From Pseudomonadota bacterium (GTDB taxonomy: Bacteria; Desulfobacterota; Desulfovibrionia; Desulfovibrionales; Desulfovibrionaceae), in NCBI GenBank assembly GCA_018817515.1, contig JAHIUD010000044.1:7031-71030 (forward strand): a stretch of 64,000 nucleotides of DNA, in the 5' to 3' direction. The notes beneath the pieces were generated by a model. It did not search any database. It saw nothing but the letters and a program-made list of their open reading frames with translations, and was not told the origin of the DNA. Of the stretch, positions 27,093 through 34,280 are shown one piece after another. Numbering within the stretch: position 1 is the stretch's first letter; every line of letters starts with the position of its first letter. The position numbers and the translations under genes are program-made.

Positions 27093-27117
27093 GGCCCGCT
27101 TCGGCGGGCCTTTTTTA
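27093..27117 (+). terminator. rho-independent terminator
   Basis: ggcccgc-ttcg-gcgggcc followed by tttttta. Confidence 0.65.
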
Positions 27118-27137
27118 TGGCGCCGCTCTTGTTGTGA

Positions 27138-28301
27138 TCACTTTGGCGGGGTAAGTCCGGTGGTCCAGCCCAGCTCGCGCAGGCGCATGGCAATCGCGCG
27201 GGCGGCCAGGGCGTGGGCGTGGGCGTTCCAGTGGCCGTCGGTTTTGAAGGCAAAGGGCTGGTGGTGCTGTCCGAAGTCCCTGCTGAACACCGGGTGCAGG
27301 TCCATGAAGGGGATGGAGAGCCGCGCGGCCTCCTCTGCCGCCATGCGGTTCAGGCGGAGCGCACCTGTGGTGTAGTCCTGGGCCTGGGCGCTGCCCGCTT
27401 CACCCCGCTCGATGGGTCCGCGCACGCCGTCCATGACCAGGAGCAACCTAACCCCGGCCTGGGCTGTTTCCGCAGCCAGCCGCCCGAAGAGATACGCCGT
27501 GGCGCGGCGGTCCAGGGCCTCGCGCCCGGCCAGGTCGCTGATGTCGATGTTGGCCTGGTACTTGCCTGGCTGTTCCTGCTGCAGGAAAAGTCGGCGCAAG
27601 CCCTCGAAGCGCACCTGCCGCCCGTAGGCCAGGTAGCGCCAAGTGGCGCTCAGGTCGCGGATGCGTGAGGTCAGGCCCTGCCGGTACGACGCTGGCGTGA
27701 GCTCCGTCACGGAACCACCGGCTCCCTCGCCCTGTTCCAGGCGCAGGTGCAGAAAGCTCTTGGTGTACATGCCCGGCACGTCGCGCCAGGATTCGTCAAA
27801 GTCATTGTGCACCAGAAGCACCACGAGCACGTCCGGCCTGGCTGGCAGGGCGGCCTTGCGGGCCATGTGCAGATACTGCGAGAGCGGCGCGCCGCTTGCG
27901 CCGTAGCGGTACACCTCCGTGCCCGGGCCCAGGTCCCGTTCGAGGTCTTCGGCCATACTCTGATCCGGCGGCACCTGCAGGGCCTCCACGAACGAGTCGC
28001 CAACCAGGGCGATGCGCTGCTGGCCGGGAGTGCGTGCAAGCGGATAGTCCGCGCGGGCCGAGTTCCAGCCCTGGGCGTTGATGCTGAAGGGCGCGCGCAC
28101 GTCTCCCGACCAGTACGTGCCGCGCTGGCCGGGCCTGTGGCGCAGCACGCCGTCGATGAAGGCTGGTGCAGGCAGGTCCGGGGCCGGGACCACGAAGCGG
28201 AAGAACAGCTCCGCAGCCAGCAGCAGCACGAGCAGGCTGGCGGGAACGAGCAGGAGGCTTGTGAGCAGCTCGGAATGTTTGCGGGCGAAGCTCTGGGACA
28301 T
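27138..28301 (-). CDS. membrane-anchored SGNH/GDSL-family hydrolase or acyl-esterase
   Basis: Start at MSQSF with an N-terminal TM anchor. SGNH blocks VGDSF, GASGAP, HNDFDE and DGHWN. The 693-aa ORF in the track was trimmed. Confidence 0.65.
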   Translation of the reverse strand: MSQSFARKHSELLTSLLLVPASLLVLLLAAELFFRFVVPAPDLPAPAFIDGVLRHRPGQRGTYWSGDVRAPFSINAQGWNSARADYPLARTPGQQRIALVGDSFVEALQVPPDQSMAEDLERDLGPGTEVYRYGASGAPLSQYLHMARKAALPARPDVLVVLLVHNDFDESWRDVPGMYTKSFLHLRLEQGEGAGGSVTELTPASYRQGLTSRIRDLSATWRYLAYGRQVRFEGLRRLFLQQEQPGKYQANIDISDLAGREALDRRATAYLFGRLAAETAQAGVRLLLVMDGVRGPIERGEAGSAQAQDYTTGALRLNRMAAEEAARLSIPFMDLHPVFSRDFGQHHQPFAFKTDGHWNAHAHALAARAIAMRLRELGWTTGLTPPK

Positions 28302-28484
28302 GAAACCTCTGGGTCGCGGCTTTCTTGGAGGGCGGCCAGGGCGTGGGCTGGGCGCTTGCGTTCCCGGCCCGCCACCCTGTACATGGGGATGTCGGCGCCT
28401 TTGATGGCGCGAATTGTCTATACGAAAGACCAGCACCGCAGGCAAGGCCTGGGACACGGCCTGGGCCTGGGTCAGGGAGGATTC

Positions 28485-29246
28485 ATGCGCATCATCTCGT
28501 GGAACGTCAACGGCTACCGCGCCGTGCTCCAGAAGGGCTTTGTGGACTGGCTGGCCGCCTGCGGGGCGGACGTGGTCATGCTCCAGGAGACCAAGGCCGA
28601 GCCGGAGCAGATCTCCGAGGCCGAGCGCGGCCCGGCGGGCTACGAGGGCCTGTGGAACTGGTCCAAGGGCCGCAAGGGCTATTCCGGCACGGCCTGCCTG
28701 TACAAAACCGAGCCTCTGGCCCACTCCTTTGGCCTGGGCGACCCGCGCTACCGGGGCGAGGGCCGGGTGGTGCACCTGGAGTACCCGGACTTCCACCTGT
28801 TCAACATCTACTTCCCCAACGGGCAGAAGGATGAGGAGCGCCTGGGCTACAAGCTCGGCTTTTACGACGCCTTTCTGGCCCAGGCCGAGGAGCTGCGCAA
28901 GGACAAACCCATCGTGGTCGGCGGCGACTTCAACACCGCGCACACCGCCATCGACCTGAAGAACCCCAAGGCCAACGAGAAGACCTCGGGCTTTTTGCCC
29001 ATCGAGCGCGCCTGGCTCGACAAGTTCGTGGCCCACGGCTACGTGGACACCTTCCGGCTGTTTGAGCCCGGCCCAGGGCATTATTCGTGGTGGAGCTACC
29101 GCTACAACGCCCGCATGAACAACGCCGGGTGGCGCATCGACTATTTTTTCGTGTCCGAGGAGCTGCGGGACCGGGTCAAGCGTGCCTGGATCGAGCCGGA
29201 TGTGCAGGGCTCGGACCACTGCCCGGTGGGTGTGGAGATCGTTTAG
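28485..29246 (+). CDS. xth: exodeoxyribonuclease III
   Basis: MRIISWNVNGYRA, VVMLQETK, GGDFNTAHT and SDHCPV. RBS GGAGGA. Confidence 0.93.
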   Translation: MRIISWNVNGYRAVLQKGFVDWLAACGADVVMLQETKAEPEQISEAERGPAGYEGLWNWSKGRKGYSGTACLYKTEPLAHSFGLGDPRYRGEGRVVHLEYPDFHLFNIYFPNGQKDEERLGYKLGFYDAFLAQAEELRKDKPIVVGGDFNTAHTAIDLKNPKANEKTSGFLPIERAWLDKFVAHGYVDTFRLFEPGPGHYSWWSYRYNARMNNAGWRIDYFFVSEELRDRVKRAWIEPDVQGSDHCPVGVEIV

Positions 29247-29269
29247 GGGTTCGGTTCGCTGGGAGGCAG

Positions 29270-29288
29270 GCCCGGCGCACGGCTGGGC
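29270..29288 (-). promoter_or_regulatory. candidate bacterial SECIS-like hairpin
   Basis: On the minus-strand RNA: UGA CAC GUC UAA GC-GCCCAGC-CGUGC-GCCGGGC. The stem has 6 pairs plus one A/C mismatch. The 5-nt loop places G and U at +23/+24 counted from the U of the UGA. Confidence 0.4.
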
Positions 29289-29290
29289 GC

Positions 29291-29524
29291 TTAGACGTGT
29301 CAGGCCCCGCGCTTGAAGCCGATCTCGACCTCGCAGTCCTTCACGACGACCGGGATGCGCCGCACACCATTGGTGAGCCGGAGCATTTCCTCAAGCAGCA
29401 GCGGGTCGGCCAGGACGTCAAGGAACACCGCCTCAGGCCAGGCCTCGCGGGCGCGCCTGGTGTGCGGGCAGCCGTCCTTGCCGTAGATGCGAATGGCGTC
29501 CTTGCCGATGGTGTCCTTGGGCAT
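29291..29524 (-). CDS. glutaredoxin-like protein, probable Uxx-stop selenoprotein (UGA at 29300..29302 read as Sec, true stop TAA at 29291..29293)
   Basis: Thioredoxin-fold ORF (IRIYGKDGCPHT ... RRIPVVV ... IGF). The annotated stop is TGA, followed in frame by CAC GTC TAA, giving a C-terminus ...KRGA-U-H-V. A SECIS-like hairpin follows. Confidence 0.55.
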
Positions 29525-29529
29525 GGCCC

Positions 29530-30417
29530 CTAAATAGTCTTGAGCAGGCTCGATGTATAGCTGTTGATGGTGCTGCTGGAGATATTATTCGCATAGTAGG
29601 TCTTGTAATTGCTTTCCTTGGCCTTGATGGCCGCCTGCACTTCGCTCAGCTCGAGCGTGCCATCCTTGTCCGTGTCCAGCTTGTCGAAGGCTGTGGTTGA
29701 AAGGGCGGCCTCGGTGCGGGACAGACTTCCGTCCTTGTCCGCGTCCTTGTTCGTGACGAAGCTGACTGCGGCCTTTGCGGAATACGTGCTGTCGCTTGCC
29801 GCGGGCGTGAGCTTGGTGTTCTCAAGCAGGCTTGCCAGCGTGTTGGAAATGCTGCTGCTGGTGCCATTGGTCTCGTAGAAGGCCTCTACGGTCGACTCCT
29901 GGTCCGTAAGGCCGGCGCGGATTTCCTTCTGGCTGAGCACGCCGTTGCCGTCCGTGTCCAGCTTGTCGAAGGCTTTCGCGGAGAGGCCTGCCTCGGTGCT
30001 GGAGAGAGTGCTGTTCCCGTCCTTGTCGTTTTCCTTGATGTACTTTGCGGCGGCGAGGTTGGCGTAGGTGTCCGTGAGCGAGCCTGCCGAGTCCTCGAGC
30101 AACGACGTGGTATTGTCGTTTTTGCTGCTGGCCTTCCTGTTCGTGTAGTATGCCTGGATGGCGGCATCCTGGCCCTTGAGGCCGTCCTTCATCTCCGAAA
30201 GGTCGATCTTGCCGTTCTTGTCGGCGTCGAGCTTGTCAAAGGCCTCCTGGGAAAGGGTGACCTCGTCGATGGTCAGGCACTTGTCCTTGTCCTTGTCGTT
30301 GTCCTTCACGTATTTGGCGGCGGCCAGATTGGAGTACGTGCCTTCGGGCAGGCCCGAGGTCGCGTCACCGTTGGCGTACATATACTGCAAGTTGGCCAGC
30401 TTGGGATTGATGCGCAT
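29530..30417 (-). CDS. EF-hand repeat protein (three ~80-aa tandem units, each with two DxDxDG-type loops)
   Basis: Start at MRINPK with GGGGGGAAAA upstream. Loops DNDKDKDKCLTIDE, DADKNGKIDLSE, ENDKDGNSTLS, DTDGNGVLSQKE, NKDADKDGSLS and DTDKDGTLELSE. The 608-aa ORF in the track was trimmed. Confidence 0.75.
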   Translation of the reverse strand: MRINPKLANLQYMYANGDATSGLPEGTYSNLAAAKYVKDNDKDKDKCLTIDEVTLSQEAFDKLDADKNGKIDLSEMKDGLKGQDAAIQAYYTNRKASSKNDNTTSLLEDSAGSLTDTYANLAAAKYIKENDKDGNSTLSSTEAGLSAKAFDKLDTDGNGVLSQKEIRAGLTDQESTVEAFYETNGTSSSISNTLASLLENTKLTPAASDSTYSAKAAVSFVTNKDADKDGSLSRTEAALSTTAFDKLDTDKDGTLELSEVQAAIKAKESNYKTYYANNISSSTINSYTSSLLKTI

Positions 30418-30561
30418 AATTTTCCCCCCTGGATGTTTGCTGCGTAGCGTGCAGAATTCGGGCCAGGGCGTGCGGCGGCAGAAAGCTCCCTTGCCAGCTT
30501 TGGCACGGCGGGCTATGTTTCGAGGTACCGTGCTAAACCCCATACCCAAGCGGAGCCTGTC

Positions 30562-31308
30562 ATGAAACGAGCGATGGTCCTGACCCTGGCGCTGAGCGTA
30601 TTTTCCACCCCGGCCCTGGCTGGCTGGGCCGATATGCTGGACAAGGTGCAGACGCAGCTGCCTGCGGCCTCTTCGTCCTCTTCCAGTGGCATCAACGCCA
30701 ACCTGTCCGAGCTCGACGCCAGCAAGGGGCTCAAGGAAGCCCTGGCCAAGGGCACCCAGAAGGCCGTGGCCGCGCTGGGCAAAAGCGACGGTTATTTCGG
30801 CAACCAGGCCGTGAAGATTCTGCTGCCCGAGTCGCTGCAGAAGCTGGAGACGCCCCTGCGCCTGGCCGGACAGGGCAAGCTTGTGGATGACCTTGTGCTG
30901 GCCATGAACCGCGCGGCGGAGAAGGCCGTGCCCCAGGCTGCGAACATCCTGGGCGATGCCGTGAAGAACATGAGCGTGCAGGACGCCAAGGGAATTCTCT
31001 CCGGACCGCAGGACTCCGCCACGCAGTATTTCCGCAAGTCCAGCGGAACGAAGATCGGCGAGATGATGCAGCCCATCATCACCAAGGCCATGGACAGCGT
31101 GGGCGTGGGCAAGGCCTTCAACAAGCTGGCCGCCAACCCGCTGGCCGCGGGCCTGGCCCAGAACTACGGCCTGGACCTGAACGGCTACGTCAACGCCAAG
31201 GCCCAGGACGGGCTGTTTACGCTCATCGCCCAGGAGGAGAAGAGCATCCGCGAAAACCCGGCTGCGCGCACCACGGAGATTCTGAAGAAGGTCTTCGGCG
31301 GGAGCTAG
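30562..31308 (+). CDS. DUF4197-like periplasmic protein
   Basis: Signal peptide MKRAMVLTLALSVFSTPALA. Composition and length match DUF4197 as recalled (GLKEAL...). Confidence 0.65.
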   Translation: MKRAMVLTLALSVFSTPALAGWADMLDKVQTQLPAASSSSSSGINANLSELDASKGLKEALAKGTQKAVAALGKSDGYFGNQAVKILLPESLQKLETPLRLAGQGKLVDDLVLAMNRAAEKAVPQAANILGDAVKNMSVQDAKGILSGPQDSATQYFRKSSGTKIGEMMQPIITKAMDSVGVGKAFNKLAANPLAAGLAQNYGLDLNGYVNAKAQDGLFTLIAQEEKSIRENPAARTTEILKKVFGGS

Positions 31309-31321
31309 GGGATAACAACAC

Positions 31322-31349
31322 GGCGGCCCGGACATCCGCCCGGGCCGCC
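31322..31349. terminator. GC hairpin between convergent genes (possible bidirectional terminator, weak U-tracts)
   Basis: ggcggcccgg-acatccgc-ccgggccgcc. Confidence 0.4.
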
Positions 31350-31369
31350 TCAACATTTGAAGTCAATCC

Positions 31370-32680
31370 CTACCAGTACAGGCCGGTGACGGGCACGTCC
31401 ACGCCCGCGAGGTCAAGCCTGCCGTTCAAATCCATGATGCTGTGCCCCGCGCGCCAGGGCAGGTCGCGCCAGGCGAGGCCGGGGAAGGAACGCGAGATGA
31501 CGATGGTGTCGCTCTCGCCGATGACCTTCGGAGCGTTGTCGGAGATCATCCGGCGCAGGTCCGGCAGGTGCTCCAGGGCATAGGCCATGTGGCTGCCGCT
31601 GTAGGCCACGGCGTAGATGGCCGGGTCGTAGATGCGGATCTGCACGCCCGCCTTGTCCAGTAGCGAACCAAGGATGACCAGGGGCGAGTCGCGCAGGTCG
31701 TCGGTGCGCTCCTTGAAGGCCAGGCCGAAAAGCCCCACGGACTTTGTGCCCGTGGCCATGATGCGCTCGGCCACGGCGCGTATCTGGGCCAGGTTGGATT
31801 CCTCCACGTGGGCCAGCATGGGCACCTTGACGCCAGCGCGGCGGCCATAGGTGTTCATGGCTGCGAGGTCCTTGCCCAGGCAACTGCCGCCGTAGGCGAA
31901 GCCGGGCTTGAAATACACCGGCGAGATGTTCAGCTTGGTGTCCAGGCAGAACACATCCATCACCGGCCGCGAGTCCACGCCCATGGACTTGCACAGCGCG
32001 CCGATCTCGTTGGCGAAGGTCACCTTCACCGCGTGGAAGCAGTTGTCCGCGTATTTGGCCACCGCCGCCGTGAGCGGGTCGGTGAAGACCACCGGGGCCT
32101 CGATGCCGGGATACAGGCTCTCGCAGAACTGTCTGCCGCAGCTCCCGCTGCAGCCGAAGACGATCTTGGACGGGTGGAAGAAGTCCTCGATGGCGTTGCC
32201 CTCGCGCAGGAACTCCGGGTGCACCACGTAGGCCGGGCTCTGGCGGCCCGCCAGGCGTTCCTCCAGCTTGGCGAGGATGTCCTGGTGTACCACGGGCAGG
32301 GCCGTGGAGCGCACCAGCATGGGACAGGTGCGTCCGCTCTCCAGGCGCAGGTCGGCGATCTCCAGGACCACCTTCTCCAGCACGCGCTGGTCCACGAAGC
32401 CGTCCGCCGCAGGCGGGGTGCCCACGCACAGCAGGCAGGCGTCTACGTCCTTGAAGGCCTCACGGCCATCAGTGGTGGCGCGGATGCGGCCCGTGGCCCG
32501 GTGCTTGTGCAGCATCTCCGGCAGTCCGGGCTCGACCATGGGGCTCTTGCCGGCGTTGATGAGCTCAACCTTGCCGGGGTTGGGGTCCGTGCCGACCATC
32601 TCGTGGCCCATCTCCGCCAGGCAGGCCATGGTGGTGCTGCCCACATAGCCAAGTCCGTAAACCGCGATCTTCATAAACAA
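31370..32680 (-). CDS. algD: GDP-mannose 6-dehydrogenase (AlgD-like nucleotide-sugar dehydrogenase)
   Basis: About 436 aa. GLGYVG Rossmann fold, KSPMVEPGL, VHPEFLREGNAI, KVTFANEIG, PGFAYGGSCLGKD, FKERTDDLRDSP and a C-terminal GLYW, close to P. aeruginosa AlgD as recalled. Confidence 0.82.
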   Translation of the reverse strand: MFMKIAVYGLGYVGSTTMACLAEMGHEMVGTDPNPGKVELINAGKSPMVEPGLPEMLHKHRATGRIRATTDGREAFKDVDACLLCVGTPPAADGFVDQRVLEKVVLEIADLRLESGRTCPMLVRSTALPVVHQDILAKLEERLAGRQSPAYVVHPEFLREGNAIEDFFHPSKIVFGCSGSCGRQFCESLYPGIEAPVVFTDPLTAAVAKYADNCFHAVKVTFANEIGALCKSMGVDSRPVMDVFCLDTKLNISPVYFKPGFAYGGSCLGKDLAAMNTYGRRAGVKVPMLAHVEESNLAQIRAVAERIMATGTKSVGLFGLAFKERTDDLRDSPLVILGSLLDKAGVQIRIYDPAIYAVAYSGSHMAYALEHLPDLRRMISDNAPKVIGESDTIVISRSFPGLAWRDLPWRAGHSIMDLNGRLDLAGVDVPVTGLYW

Positions 32681-32714
32681 TCCGATGATTTTGCGAAGCT
32701 CCCCTCCGCTTGCT

Positions 32715-34280
32715 TCAGGAGGCGGTGGAGAAGCCCAGGATGCTCATCAATGTGCCAAAGGCTGGCGGCCTCAGCACGCCTATATATATCAATATAACAA
32801 ATAGGAACGTCATAACATAGAATACCGTCAGGTAGAGTGCAATGGAATTCTTGACCATCCATTTGAGGCCCTCTGCGGGCGAGTAGCGTTGATCCTGGCG
32901 GTTTGCCCAGCGTTGGTTGGGCAGCCGGAAGAGCAGGTAGACCTTCACCGCGGCGTTCACCATTTGGTTGATGTACAGCACGAATGGATAGCTCATTTCG
33001 ATGCGTCGATCATGGTAGAAGATGAGGCAGGCCAGGAACAGGCGCGTGAGCATGACCCAGAGCAGGTACGAGGTCCAGTAGGCCTTGCTGACGATGAACC
33101 CGGCAAAGAGCAGGGCCAGGGGCGCGGCCAGGGAAGTCCACATGGCGATGCGCTGGTCCATGATGCACCACCAGATGAAGAAGCCCACGCGCCGGGGCCC
33201 CAGGGCGATGGCCCGGGCGCCGTTGCGGAGCATGTTGCCGCTCCAGCGCAGCAGGTTCTGGACCATGCGGCTGTACATGTCCTCCGCGCGGATGGTGTCC
33301 ACGGTCCAGCACATGGCGTCGGGCACGTAGAGCATTTCCGCGCGGTCCTTCAAGAGCGCGTACCAGGTGCTTTTGTCGTCGCCGGAGAGGAAGCGGAAGC
33401 GGCCCCACAGCCAGTGGTCAAGGCTGTCGGCCTCGATAAGGCGGATGAACTGGAGGTCCGTGACCTTCTTGGCGCGGAAGATGGACAGCCGCCCGGTGAG
33501 GGTGAGCACCTTGCCCGCCAGGGCGTGGGACTGCATGGCCATGTGCCGCTGGGCGAAACGCAGGTCGAACCAGCGGCGCAGCAGCTTCGGCCCATAGAGG
33601 ATGGGCTGCTCGTCGGTGGTCAGGGCGTGCATGTTCGGCCTGAGGGCGAACAGCGGCAGGCAGCGCTTGAGGCAGCCGGGGCCCAGGATGGTGTCGCCGT
33701 CGATGAAGACCACGGGCGTGTCGCGGCCGATCTTCTGGCGCGAGATGGCCCGCAAGGCCAGTCCGATGGCGATGCGCTTGCCCGGCTGGTTCTGGCGCAC
33801 GAAGACCACCTCGAGCTTGATGTTCCTGCCGAAGCGGTTGACGCTCTCCTGGATGATCTTTTCGTCCGCTGTGGTGCCGGACCCTACGAAGATGCGCGCG
33901 GGCACGCCGATGCGCTGAACCTCGTGGATGATGGCCAGGATGACCTTCTCGGTGACCACGCGCTCCTCGTAGAAGGTGGTCATCATGAACACGACTTCCT
34001 CGGGCCGCCAGCCGTGGTTCCAAAGGTAGTCGGCCTTGCCGCGCAGCTTGGGGAAGACGACCCTGCCGTAGATGATGGCGCGCACGAAGTGGGTGGTCCA
34101 CCAGACATAGCGCCAGATGCCCAGGTAGGCCATGACCAGGATCCACTGGCCCCGGTCCGCGTCCCAGATGTTGTTGGGGAGGTTGAGAAAGCCCACGACC
34201 ATGACGCCGAAGTACAGGAAGAGCTTGAGCAGCTCCTCCGCCTTCCAGCGGAAGGGACCCTGGTGTGCTACCCGTGCCAT
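32715..34280 (-). CDS. alg8: Alg8-like family-2 glycosyltransferase (polymannuronate/alginate synthase catalytic subunit)
   Basis: Blocks shared with P. aeruginosa Alg8 as recalled: GIWRY, THFVR, LRFAQRH, LTGRLSIFRAK, DSLDHW..FRFLSGDDKSTW, YVPDA, DQRIAMWTSL, YINQ..KVYLLFRL. Confidence 0.85.
   Translation of the reverse strand: MARVAHQGPFRWKAEELLKLFLYFGVMVVGFLNLPNNIWDADRGQWILVMAYLGIWRYVWWTTHFVRAIIYGRVVFPKLRGKADYLWNHGWRPEEVVFMMTTFYEERVVTEKVILAIIHEVQRIGVPARIFVGSGTTADEKIIQESVNRFGRNIKLEVVFVRQNQPGKRIAIGLALRAISRQKIGRDTPVVFIDGDTILGPGCLKRCLPLFALRPNMHALTTDEQPILYGPKLLRRWFDLRFAQRHMAMQSHALAGKVLTLTGRLSIFRAKKVTDLQFIRLIEADSLDHWLWGRFRFLSGDDKSTWYALLKDRAEMLYVPDAMCWTVDTIRAEDMYSRMVQNLLRWSGNMLRNGARAIALGPRRVGFFIWWCIMDQRIAMWTSLAAPLALLFAGFIVSKAYWTSYLLWVMLTRLFLACLIFYHDRRIEMSYPFVLYINQMVNAAVKVYLLFRLPNQRWANRQDQRYSPAEGLKWMVKNSIALYLTVFYVMTFLFVILIYIGVLRPPAFGTLMSILGFSTAS

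Noticed and set aside
28302-29219. Upstream extension of the SGNH-hydrolase ORF, and the 27747..28484 extension of the xth ORF
   Set aside because: The two extensions overlap each other and the real genes on opposite strands. Internal starts with an RBS and native N-termini (MSQSF TM anchor; MRIISWNVNGYRA) explain the coding signal.
30418-31356. Upstream 300 aa of the 608-aa ORF containing the EF-hand protein
   Set aside because: It is antisense to the DUF4197-like gene and has shadow composition. The EF-hand gene has its own RBS and start at 30417.
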